From contig NC_086105.1 in assembly GCF_963921235.1 (NCBI RefSeq), positions 49,848,001 to 49,912,000 of the forward strand: a DNA stretch of 64,000 nucleotides, read 5' to 3'. Within the stretch, counting starts at the first letter, position 1, and the number at the start of each line of letters is the position of its first letter. The notes below the pieces were generated by a model that searched no databases, had not been told where the DNA came from, and saw only the letters and a list, made by a program, of their open reading frames with translations. The DNA is from Mobula hypostoma. Its lineage: Eukaryota. Position numbers and translations under genes: made by a program. This document shows, piece after piece, positions 51,570 through 63,141 of this stretch.

Positions 51570-53460
51570 CGCCATTTTAGAGCTGCCATTATGAGAGTGG
51601 GCCAGTGTAGGAATGGGAATCTCAGGATTTGGCTGGAGAGGCGTCAGCAAGTAGGCACACGTGAGTAGCCCAGATAGCTAGAGTGGTAATGGCTAATACA
51701 AGGGGACCAGGTAAGATGTTTTTTATATAGTAGTTAAATAGAAAGACACCAAAATTAGAACTAATTAAATAAAATATGGATGCAGGGTGAAGTGATGTGT
51801 TGTAGCTGCATGATATTAGAGCAGGTAGAACCTATTATGGTTCCTGGTAACCACATCTGCACTAAATGATGGTTGCTCAAGGAACTCAGGCTCAAAATTG
51901 ATGATGTGGAATCTGAGCTTCAAACACGGCAATGCATCAGGGAAGGGGCAAGTTACCTGGGCACAGTGTTTGCAGAGACAGTCACACCCATTAGATTAAC
52001 TACTTCAAATTTAGTCTGTGATCAGCGACAAGAGGGTGTGACTGTGCGTGAGTCAGGTAGAGGGATGCAAAAGGTATTGCTGGGGGAGCATTTCCATCAG
52101 GCCTGAGATCCTCGCTCCCTGCACAAATAGGAGTGAGGGCCTTAGGAAAGGTAAGTAACCAAACCGTGGCACCGTGGTTTAGGAGGGAAGAAAAATATCT
52201 CAGCAGGTGGGGATAGTATAGTCAGGGTTGGAAGTCCCAAAGGTTGTGTTACCCTGCCTGGTGCCTGGATTTGGGAATTCTCCTCAAGAATTCAGAGTGA
52301 AATGAGGAAGTTACGGTTGTCTGGTCCATGTGGGTACCAACAACGTAGGAAGAACAAGAAGAGATTCTACTCAGGAAATTTGAGGAGCTAGGGACTAAAT
52401 TAAAATGCAGAACTAAAAAGGTAATAATCTCTGGATTGTTACCTGAGCCATGCACAAATTGGGCCAAGGTTAATAAGATCAGACTTAAATGTATGGCTCA
52501 AATATTGATGTGGAGAAGTGGGATTGAATTCATGGAACATTGGCACCATTAATAAGGAAGCAAAAAGCTGCTCCAAAGGAATAGGCTCCACTTGAACCAT
52601 GCCAGGACCAGGATCCTGGCAAATCACATAACTAGAGCTGTGGATATGGCTTTAAACTAAGTGGGACAGCTTGGAAAGGCATGAATAAAGTAAAACTGAA
52701 GGAGAGTGCAGGAAAGGTTACTGGAATCTTCAGAATAAAGAATAAGATAGAAAGTTTAGAAAGGGATGAGAATTTGACTTCAGACAACATAGAATCAAAA
52801 TTGAAAAGGGCGGTGAATAATTATTAACCGTGTGGAGGAACAGAGAGATCAGGTTAGATCACACTTGGAGTATTGTGTTCGGTTCTGGTTGCCTCACTAG
52901 AGGAAGGACGTAGAAGCTTTAGAGAGGGTGCAAAGGTGATTTATCAGGATGTTGCCTGGACTATAGAGCATGCCTTAAAGGTTGAGTGAGATAGGGATTT
53001 TCTCTTTGGACTGAAGGAGAATGAAAGGTAACTTGATAGAGGTGTTAAAGATGATAAGAGGCATAGATAGACCAGATAGCTAGAGTGGTAATGGCTAATA
53101 CAAGGGGACCAGGTTGGTAATGGCTAATACAAGGGGCCCAGGGTAGTAATGTCTAATAAAAGGGGACTGGGGTAGTAATGGCTAATACAGGGGGACCAGG
53201 GTAGTAAGGTCTAATAAAAGGGGACTGGGGTAGTAATGGATAATACAAGGGGACCAGGGTGGTAATGGCTAATACGAGGGGACATAATTTTAAGCTGACT
53301 GACTGGAGGGAAGTATAGGTGGCGGGGGGGTGGGGGGAGTCAGAGGTAAGTTCCTTACACAGAGAGTGGTTGTTGTGTGGAACATCCTGCCAGGGTGGTG
53401 GTAGAGGTTGTTATGTTAGGAGCATTTAAGAAACTGTTAGGTAGGCACATGGATGATAGA
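51570..53460 (+). mobile_element. CR1 ORF1 (zinc finger, coiled coil, esterase) followed by a CR1 3' end that contains a minisatellite
   Basis: CCSC..HIC..LKELRLKIDDVESELQT, VHVGTN, GLLPEP remnants; YY1-like CGCCATTTT at 51570-51578. Confidence 0.75.
53083..53283 (+). repeat. 29-bp minisatellite, 7 units (consensus GGGTAGTAATGGCTAATACAAGGGGACCA)
   Basis: Units start at 53083, 53112, 53141, 53170, 53199, 53228 and 53257. Confidence 0.95.
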
Positions 53461-53709
53461 AAAATGTTCTGCCCTGCAGTCATCTGGTCTCCTTTTGAAG
53501 GTTTGCTTTCCTTCCACATCCCAGAGATGTGCTGGCTGCTAGGTTAGTTGAATACTGTAAATTTCCCCAAGTGTAAGAGTGAGTGACAGGAATATGGATG
53601 GGATGGGGTGCTGATGCAAAAGGAATTAGTGCAGAATGGTGTTTAAAGCTCAGCACAGATGCAGCAGGAATAAAAAATCCTCAATAGGTCAATGAAGATG
53701 CACCCTGTA

Positions 53710-54535
53710 CCTCAGCAGGTCAGACAGCATCTATGCAGAGGAATAAACAGTCGAAGTTTTGGGCTGAGACCCTTCATCAGGACTGGACAGGAAGGGGGAA
53801 GGTGCCACAATAAAGTGTTGTGGGAAGGAGAAGGAGTACAAGCTGACAGGTTATAGGTGAGGGGGAATGTGGGTGTGTGGGAGTGGGGAAGGAAGGATGA
53901 ATTTAAGAAGCTTAGGAAGTGATAGGTGGAAAAGATAAAGGGCTGAAGAAGGGATCTGTTAGGAGAGGACAGTGGGTCATAGGAAGAAGGGAAGGAGGGA
54001 GGGGCCACCAAAGGGATGTGATGGGCAGATTGGAAGAAGAGAAGGGGAGCCAGAATGGGGAATGGAAAAAGATAGTATGGGGAAGAGTGAGAAATCACTA
54101 GTAGTTAGAGAAATCGATGTTCATACTATCAGTTTAGAGGCTACCCGGACAGAAAATGAGGTTGCTTTTCCAATATAAGTGTAGCCTCATCAGGGCAGTA
54201 GAGAAGGCCATGGACTGACATGTCAAAATGGGAAGTTGAATTGAAATGAGAAATCCCACATTTGAGGTGGACTGAGTGAAGGTGCTTGATGAAGCAGTTC
54301 TCAAATCTATATTGTGAGCACTGGATACAGTTGATGACCCCAGTAGACTCTCAGGTCACTTGGAAGGACTATTTGGGGCCTAGAATGGTGGTGAAGGAGG
54401 TGTTGCACTTGTCTCACTTGCAGGGATAAGAGCCAGGAGGGAGATCAGTGGGAAAGGATGAATGGACAAGGGAGTCACATAGAGAGCAATTTCTGTGGAA
54501 AGCAGAGAATGATGAGGATGGAAAGATGTGCCTTA
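53710..54535 (-). mobile_element. Penelope-like 3' fragment with pLTR
   Basis: Similar to 2460-3350. Confidence 0.8.
53749..53784 (-). ncRNA. Hammerhead motif with GAAA mutated to AAAA (probably inactive)
   Basis: AGUC-CUGAUGA-AGGGUCUCAGCCC-AAAAC-UUC-GACU at a Penelope end. Confidence 0.65.
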
Positions 54536-54745
54536 GGTGATGCAAAGGGACCTTGACGTCCTAGTGCAGGATTCTCTAAAGATTAACTTGCAAGTTGTAG
54601 TAGTAAGGAAGGCAAATACAAAGTTAACATTCATTTTGAGAGGACTAGAATAGAAAAGCAAGGAAGAAAAGCTGAGGCTTTAGAAGGCATTGGTCATTAC
54701 GAGTATTGTGAGCAGTTTTGAATCTCATATCTAAGGATGGATGTA

Positions 54746-54862
54746 AAAACGCAAACACGAGGAAATTCCTGACAAAGAGTCTCGGCCCGAAACGTCGACT
54801 GTACCTCTTCCTAGAGATGCTGCCTGGCCTGCTGCGTTCACCAGCAACTTTTATGTGTGTTG
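54746..54862 (+). mobile_element. 117-bp non-autonomous Penelope-pLTR/hammerhead mini-element with perfect 15-bp TSD
   Basis: CTAAGGATGGATGTA at 54731-54745 and 54863-54877. Confidence 0.88.
54765..54800 (+). ncRNA. Hammerhead motif (core CUGACAA, mutated) in a mini-element
   Basis: AUUC-CUGACAA-AGAGUCUCGGCCC-GAAAC-GUC-GACU. Confidence 0.65.
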
Positions 54863-55327
54863 CTAAGGATGGATGTATTGGCTTTGGAGAAGGTCCATAA
54901 GTGGTTTACAAGAATGATCCTGGGAATGAAAACTTTAATATATAAGGTGCATTTGATGGCCTTGGATCTGTACTCACTAAGGTTTAGAAGAATGAGAGGG
55001 CATCTCATTGAACTGGACAGAATAACATTCAGCAGGACTGAATGGGCCGAAGGACCTGTTTCTGTGCTGTAGTGCTCTATGACTGTGAAACCTACAAATA
55101 TTGAAAGGCCTGGATTAATTGGACATGGAGAGGATGCTTTCAATAGTGGGAGAATCTGGGACCAGAGGGCACAGCCTCAGGGTAGAAGGAATGCTGACCC
55201 CCTTCCCCTTTAGAATGGAGATGAGGAGGGACTTCTTTAGCCAGTTGGTGGTGAGTCTGTGGAATTCATTTACACAAATAGCTCTGGACAGCAAGTCATT
55301 GTGTATGTTTAACGAGGAGGTTGCTAC

Positions 55328-55612
55328 TTTATCTATTTATTTAGAGATATATAATCAGTCTTCCCAGCTCAATGAGCCACACCATCCAGCAACACACCTA
55401 CTTAACCCGAGCCTAATCACAGGACAATTTTATAATCACCAATGCACCAGTACATCTTTGGAATGTGGGAGGAAACTATAGAGCACCCGGAGGATACCCA
55501 CAAATACCCGGGAAGGATGTTCAAACTTCTTACAGACGGCATTGGAATTGAACTCCAAACTCTAATGTCCGAGCTGTAATAGCATCATGCTAACTGCTGT
55601 GCTACCATGGCA
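55328..55612 (-). mobile_element. tRNA-derived V-SINE (HE1-like)
   Basis: A-box-like TAGCACAGCAG, B-box GAGTTCAATTCC, V-domain-like CCTCCGGGTGCTC...TTTCCTCCCACATTCCAAAGA, TAAA-rich tail. Confidence 0.8.
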
Positions 55613-57159
55613 TCCTAAGTAAGAGTGTTAAAGGTTACTGGGAGAAGGCAGGAGAATGGGGTTGAGAGGGAAAATAAATCAGCCATGATCGAATGACGGA
55701 ACAGACTCAATGGGCTGAATGGCCTAAATCTGATCCTATATCTTATGGAAAAGTGCAAAGTTAAGGAATTGATTCAAGAAAGGAAGCAAATAGAAAGCAG
55801 AAAAACAAATATCGACCAGTTAGCTTCGCATCTGACATGGGAAAAATCCATGTTGAAACCCATTACTAAAATAGTAGCAAAATACCTATTGAATACTATC
55901 ATAATCAAGCAGAATCAACATTTTTTTGAAAAGATAATCATGTTTAACAGACCTGTAGAGCTCTTTGAGAATGAAATGAGCAGGGTGGATAAAGGAGAAC
56001 TCAGCAGATGTAGTATATTTGGAGTTCCTGAAGGCATTCGATAAGAAGCTGCATAAAAGCTTGCATCACACAGCTCATAAATTACCATTAGCTTTGAAAT
56101 ATGAGAGATAATATTGAGATATGTAAGATACTGACATAGCTTGACAAAATTAAATGCTGAGTGGTATCTTTTCTCATGCTGGAAGCAAGAACTTTGGAGG
56201 GAACAGCTTCAGAACGTTCAAAAGGAATTTCAGGAGTCTTCGGAATTCTCCGTGCTAGAGAGCTTTTAAGACTGAATAATTGAATATATTCATGGCCAAA
56301 CTGGGTAAGGTTTTCAGCTGTAGAGAATTCAAGAATTATGTGAAATAGGCAGGAAAGTGGAGCTGTGGCTAAGATGGCATCAGTCATGATCTTAGTGAAT
56401 GACAGAGTAGGCTCAAGGGACCATATGGCCTGTTTTTGCCACATCTTTTAATGTTCTTATGAGGCAGAAAAGTACGTGACTAGGATACTGTTGACAGGTG
56501 ATGCATAGAGTGTGACCAAACTCCCTTGTGTGTCTAGGAATATTGCACTGTACCTTTTACCGCAGTACCATTATGAGGCTTAGATTTTTGTACGCAGCCA
56601 TGTAAATATCCAGTTTGATTTTTGTTTTTGTTATGTGGCCAATAATTGAGTAATGTGATATGCACTGTAGCTAAATGTGCTCTGATGAAGTAGTGATGAA
56701 TAACAGCTGGGGAGCTCAATCAGGCTATTAAAATGACTTTAAAAGTATGGTCATGTATAGTGTCTCTCATGAAGCAAGTCACTTATCAGAATGTATGTAG
56801 TGACCGATTATCACGCTCTTTATTGTCATCTCTCCCTTGTTCTTTTTTTGGCTGATTAGCCTCAGGCAGTGCAGCGATCTGATAGCATGATGCAACATAC
56901 CAAGGCAAAGAGCCCACATCCGTTAGAACTATACTTCCATGCTCTCCTCAACTGAATCAGGTATGGATCTCTTGAGAATGCAATGCATTTTCAACAAGAA
57001 TTACTAGTTGTGCTGTGGTTGTCATTGGAGTGATGTTCTGCAGGAGTAGGTAGACTTGCACAGGAGTGAAAAAGTAGGCTTTTTGTTCAATGTCCAGTCT
57101 TTGGACTTCTGACTGAGAAAATTCCTGCCGTGGTCAAATGACAACTTTGTTGCTAGGAT

Positions 57160-58075
57160 AGCTTTGTTGCCAAGTTTGCAAATGACACTAAGACTGGTGG
57201 AGGGGCAGGAAGTGTTTAAGAGATAGGAAGGCTGCAGGAGGACTTAGACAAATTATGAGAATGGGCAAGAAAGTGGCAAATGAAATAGAATGTTGGAAAA
57301 TGTATGGTCATGCACTTTGGTAGAAGAAATAAACGTGCAGACTGTTTTCTAAATGGGCAGAAAATCCAAAAATCGGAGATGCAAAGGGGCTTGGGAGTCC
57401 TTGTGCAGAACACCCTAAAGGTAAACGTGGAGTGGTGAGGGAGGCAAATGCAAAGTTAGCATTAATTTCAAGAGGTCTAGAATATAAGAGCAGGGATGTG
57501 ATGCTAAGACTTTATAAGTCACTGGTGAGGCCTCACCTTGAGTATTCTGAACAGTTTTGGGCTCCTTATCTAAGAAAATATGTGCTGGCATTGGAGAGGG
57601 TTCAGAGGAGATTCACAAGGATGATTCCAGGAATTATGAGGAGCTTTTGATGGCTCTGGGCCCGTACTCGCTGGAATTTAGAAGGATCGGGGGAGATTTC
57701 ATTGAAACCTTTCGAACGTTGGAAGTCCTAGACAGAGTAGATGTGGAAAGGACGTTTCCCATGGTGGCAAAGTTTAGGACAAGATGGCACAGCCTCAAGA
57801 TAAAGGAGCGTCCATTTAAAACAGAGATGTAGAGAAATTTTTTTAGCCAGAGGGTGGTAAATTTGTGGAATTTGTTGCTGCAGGCAACTGTGGAGGTCAG
57901 GTTGTTGGGTGTTTTTAAAGAGGAAACTGCTAAGTTCTTGATTGGTCACGGCATCAAAGGTTATGGGGAGAAGGCAGAGGAGTGGGGCTGAGGAGGGGAA
58001 AAAAGGATCAGCCATGATTGAATGTTAGAGCAGACTTGATAGGCCAAAATGGCCTAATTCTGCTCCATGTCTTAT
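57160..58075 (+). mobile_element. CR1 RT and 3' end
   Basis: LYKSLVRPHLEYSEQFWAPY...ERVQRRFTRMIPG. Confidence 0.88.
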
Positions 58076-58819
58076 GGTCCAATTTGGACTTTAGGTAAGT
58101 GGAAGGGTTCTCTATTTATTGAACTCTAGATAGGTTCTGCAGAGGAGCCCATGTACAAGTGACCTCTCGAAAACAGTGCTGAGCTACAGTAATACAGGGC
58201 ATGGATTTATTACAGCTCCTGAGGTTGCTGTCACCTTGATCTCCATGGGCAAAGCAGATCAGTCACTTGTACATGGCCATCCATTCATAGAAAGTTACTT
58301 CTTAGAGGCCTCAGTAAACCAGTGCGAGGGAGACATTTTTCCTGGGAGAGGTCAGGCTAAGAGCACATGTGCAAGTTAATTCCATGATAGTAGAGTCTTT
58401 AAATGGTCCACCTTTGGCATCTTACCTAAAGATCACAGTCACAAAGTACTATCCCCATGGAAACACCTACAGTAAGTAATTAGCATTTTTAAATGGCTGT
58501 GGTGACTATGAGTACTTTTGAGCTGAGAGCTACCAGAGAGCGCTGGTGAAGTTTTCATCTTTAATATTAAGAGCTCCTTCAATGGATTTTCAACCATATA
58601 GCATTGACGATACTTTTCAGTGGATGTCACATGACAGTGGCTACCTATACTTGAGAACTCTGAATTATATTGGGAATGCTGTAGAATAATGTCATACAAT
58701 AGTAAGTGTCATCACTTTTCAACTGACCTGAGATATCGCGAGCCATTGCTTGTTTGGGGATGAGTGAGCTGAGTGCAAAATTTAAATCACAACTGGGGCC
58801 TTTTGGAACTTCTTGGTGG

Positions 58820-59156
58820 CAATGTTCCCCCTAACTTGTAATGATCAGTGTGCACAAAAATCTTGTGCTGTGCAATTTTTTACCCAGTGACAACAACATG
58901 TGCACACTGAATAATTTCTTCAAGAAACAGTATAAGTAAGCCAGTTCTAAAATCTACGGACAAATCATCGCAAACTCTTCGTTGTCAACACCGCCCGGAT
59001 CAGAAACTGGAAAAGGAAGTGTGATAGTGTACGATCGTGAAACATACTTAACATGCCAACGAGGTAGACAGTGATAACATTTTGTGCGCAGTTTAAATTC
59101 CTTTGTGTGTTAGTAGCAAAAGATGTGTGCATGCACACACCCCAGAGGGAACAGTG
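58820..59156. mobile_element. hAT-type MITE (337 bp)
   Basis: TIRs CAATGTTCCCCCT and (reverse complement) CACTGTTCCCTCT, 11/13 identical; 8-bp TSD CTTGGTGG (58812-58819) / CTTAGTGG (59157-59164). Confidence 0.8.
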
Positions 59157-59199
59157 CTTAGTGGGCTTCAGATATCATGGTTCAATAGGCAGTTGGCAA

Positions 59200-61290
59200 A
59201 GGCCTCTACAAGGAAGTGATGTTTAAATAGAAGGGCCATTGTGTGAGTGGACAGTGATAGAGTGGAGAACTTTATGGTAAGTTTCTTTCTTTCTTTGTCT
59301 ATTAAGTCCAGCTAGAGTAATGGGAATAGTTCCAAGATCAGTGGTGTGTTCTTCATGCCAGATATCGTAGTTTTGAAAGCTCTCCAGTCACCCTGCTAAC
59401 TACATCTGTTATGTACATCCAGCTGGAACCCTTACAGACTGTGTTAGGGAACAGGGGCTGAAGCTGGATGACCTACAGTTCATACAGGAGAATGAGGAGG
59501 TGATAGCTGAGAGCTACAGGGCAGTAGTCACCCCTAAGTTGTCTGAGGCAGTTTAGCTGGGAGACTGTAAAGAGAGGGTAAGAGAATAGGCATATGGTGC
59601 AGAGAAACCCTGTTGCGGTAATCCTCAATAAGAATTATATCGCTTTGGATTCTGTTGTGGTGGGAGGAGGAAATGACCTTCCAGGGGAAAGCCATAGCAA
59701 CTAGGTCTCTGGCACTGAGTCTGGTTCTATTTCTCAGCAGGGAAGTGGGGAGAAGAGAAGTGCAGTTATGATAAGGGAATCAATAGTTAGGGAAGTAGAC
59801 AGGAGATTCTGTGGTTGTGAAAGAGACGACCAGATGGTATGTTACTTCCAAAGTTCCAGGATCAGGGATGTGTCAGATTGAGTCCACAACATTCTAAGGG
59901 GAGGGTGAGCAGCCAGAAGTCATTGTACATACAATACAAGTACATACAGTAATGACATAGGGAGGAATAGGAATGAGGTCCTGAAAAGAGAATAAAGGGA
60001 GCTAGGCAGGAAGCTGAAAAGCAGGATCTCAAGGGTGGTGATCTCTGGAGTGCTGCCTATACCAATGAGGGTAAGAATTGGATGATTTGGTAGGTGAAAG
60101 TGTGGCTGAGGAATTAATGGAGTGGTCAGTATTTCGGATTTGTGGATCACTGGGATCTCTGCCGGGGAAGAGACCTGTACAAAAAGGTTAGGTTTCATCT
60201 AAACTTGAGAGATACCAATTTTCTTGAGCTGTTGGGGAGGGTTTAACCTAGCTTGGCAGAGGAATGGGAACCAGAGTGATAGGTCAGAGGATGGGGTAGT
60301 TGGTATGCAGGTAGATACAGCATATAGAGAGACTGTGAGGAAAATAGGCAGTTGATAAGGCAACATTGCATTTGGGGATGGGTCAATGTGTGTCTGTTTT
60401 AGAACATTGGTCAGCATATGGAACTACGATGTTGTGGCCGTTATGGGCACTAGGGTGTCACAAGGCAGAATGGCTGCTGAATGTTCCAGGGTTTAGATCT
60501 TACAAAAGAGACAGAGAGGTAGATAAAAGAGGTGGTGAGCTGGCATTGTTAATCGGGGATAGTATCACAGATGCAGAAAGGGAGAACATCGTGGGGGAAT
60601 TGTCTACTGAGTTTTTTTTATGGGCGGAAGACAGGAAGAAGGGAGCAATCACTCTATTGGGAGTATTCTATAGATCCCCCTCATTCCACTGAGGAGCAGA
60701 TAAGAAGGCAGATTTTGGAAAGGTGCAAAAAATAACAGGGTTGTTGTCATACATTACTTCAACTTCACTAATATTGATTGGCACCTCCTTAGTATAAAAG
60801 ATATAGATGGAGTGGAACTTGTTAGATGTGTCCAGGAAGGATTCTTGATGCAATACATAGATAGGCTGACTAGAGGAGAGGCCATACTGGATCTAGTGCT
60901 AGGCAGTAATATAAATCAGGTGTCAGATCTCGTAGCGGGGGAGTGTTTCGGAGACAGTGACCACACTCCCTAACCCTATAGGGCTAACGCCCTATAGGCT
61001 TGGAGAGGAAATGTCAGCATGGGAAAGTATTTAACTGGGATAGGAGAAATGATAGTGCTAATAATCAGGAACTTGGGAGCATAGATTGGAAATGGAGGTA
61101 CTCAGGGACATGCACCATGTAAATCTGGGCCTTGTTCTGGGAGCATTTGCATGGAGTCCCGGATAGGTTGGTCCTGTTGAGTCAGAGATAGGAATGGTAA
61201 AGTGAAGGAGCCAAAGTTTTCAAGAGATGTTGAACATCTCGTCAAGAGGAAGAAAGAAGTTTACTTCAGGTTTAGGAAGCACATTAGATA
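59200..61290 (+). mobile_element. CR1 5' portion (ORF1 esterase and ORF2 endonuclease), decayed
   Basis: VVCSSC, VVISGVLP, WLLNVPGFRSYKRDR..KRGG, LGVFYRSP, TRGEAILDLVL. Confidence 0.82.
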
Positions 61291-61815
61291 CGGAAAATGC
61301 ATCAGACATAAAACACTATAGCATTATTACAGGTCTTTCTGCCCATGGTGTTGTGGCAAAGTTTATCCTACTCAAAGATCAATCTAACCCTTCCCTTCTA
61401 CATTGCCCTCAATTTTTCATGTGCCTATCCTAGTTTCTTAAATGTCCCTAACCTATCTGCCTCTACCACCACCCTTGGCAAGGCATTCCAAGCACCCACC
61501 ACTCTTTGTATATAAAAAAATACCACTGGCACCCCCGCCCCCATAATTTCCTCCAGTCACCTTAAAATTATGCCCCCTCATATTGGCCATTTCTGCCATA
61601 ATCAGTGTACCCAGTAAAGAATTTAAAAGAAAACTCTTCATTTCAGGTTGGAATGGATTTACCGTCACATACATGGATGCACAACATGTAGATGAAGAAT
61701 TAAACAAAGGACCATATTAACGTGGTAACATAAAATAATACCAGATGAAGCTACTGTTAGGTATAATCAAGACCCTGCTACTCTGGTATAAATTCTAATA
61801 CCCTTATTCCATCAC

Positions 61816-62094
61816 CTGTTGGGTACACGTTTGCGTTCTTCTTCATCATCCGTATCACTGCTGATGGTTATGACGCTGACCGCTGGGCTGGGTGTGTCTG
61901 GAATGACAATGGTCTGCCTCTGATTCTCCTGGGTTGTGCTGGTGGCCTCTCCCCAGCCACATGTCAAGGTGTTACAGGCCGGACTGTCCTGCACTACAGC
62001 ACAGCGAGGAGGAGTGTTCTCCTTGACGCGTTTTGAGCGCTGCGGTGAGTGTGAGCTGAAGCTACGGGAGGAGGACACTTCGTATGAAGTATTT
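61816..62094 (-). CDS. HIPK2: HIPK2 internal coding exon (279 nt) encoding the KRVK NLS region and the SUMO-interacting motif
   Basis: Translates (R)[31 protein letters not shown]...[34 protein letters not shown], closely matching vertebrate HIPK2 as I recall it. Acceptor ccacAG at 62095-62096, donor AG|GTGATG. Phase 2 joins the next exon in frame. Confidence 0.95.
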
Positions 62095-63141
62095 CTGTGG
62101 GGATAAATATAGAAATGTTATACACAAAAAATAATATCCTATGCAGTGGGTCAAATTAAACATAAGGCACAGAAAATTATTTAACCATGTTTAATATGGG
62201 ATTGATTTCCTTTACTTTGAAATGTGGCCACCAATGTAAAACTTATTTCGATATCTTTATATGAATAATTTGACTTGTGTCAACTAAAAGTACATATTGG
62301 AGAATTCCATTCTGCCTCAAATCACCTCAATAAATTCAAAGACAAGGGAGCTGTTACTAATAATTCTGATTTTTCTTCCTTTCAAATTATAAGATTTTAA
62401 TTTAATTTCCAATGGATATGATATACAACTAGTTTTCCAAATGAATTTAGCACTGGAAGATTTGAAAGAACCGGGATGTAAAAGTATACATGGAAAAGCA
62501 AATTAAAAGTCAATGCAGGGAGTTGTGTTGAGGCTTTATTGAGAAATGATGTGCTGGATATGTTTGCGGGAAATGGGTGACACTGGATCGATGATTCCCA
62601 AACCTCTCTACTTCTGGGATTTCTCTTATATCTTATCTGGGTCTTATTGCTACCATTAGAAAACAAATCCATTATCATTATATTCTGCTTTTACCAGGCT
62701 GGTGGTAGGAAAACTTGTAGGTTGTTAATTTTGTTTGTCAAATAGTTGCTGTGTTTCTAATGTACTGAATAGATTGAGTGCCTTTTGCATAGTTTTGTTC
62801 GCTCAGCTCAAAATGTACTGTATTACTTGTAGTTTAGAAGAATAAGAGGTGCCCTGATTCAAACATCAAGGACCCAGCAGGGCTTGACAGGGTAGATATT
62901 GAAGTGTCTTCACTAGCGGGAGAGTAACACAACAGAACTTTACAGCACAGGAACAGGCTCTTTGGCCCATGAATCTAACTGTTCCTATCTGCATTCACAT
63001 AGTTCATATCCCTCTGTTCCATGTCTGGTCATGTGTCTGTCCAAATGGCTTCTGGACATTTCTTTTGTATCTGTTTTTATCACCTCACCTGGCAACACGA
63101 TCCAGGTACCTAACATTTTATCTTAAAACAAACTTGCATCA

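Larger units (their letters stand above)
54540..55750 (+). mobile_element. CR1 3' end carrying three nested insertions (hammerhead mini-element, ~75-bp CR1 tail at ~55010-55085, V-SINE)
   Basis: The CR1 sequence resumes after each insert. Confidence 0.75.

Noticed and set aside
53083-53283. 29-bp repeats as a CRISPR array
   Set aside because: Head-to-tail units with no unique spacers, derived from CR1 sequence, in a vertebrate context
55500-55612. tRNA gene
   Set aside because: The A/B boxes belong to a V-SINE head and no cloverleaf is evident
46795-62094. Assignment as HIPK1 or HIPK3
   Set aside because: [11 protein letters not shown] and [16 protein letters not shown] match HIPK2 as I recall it; a phylogeny would confirm
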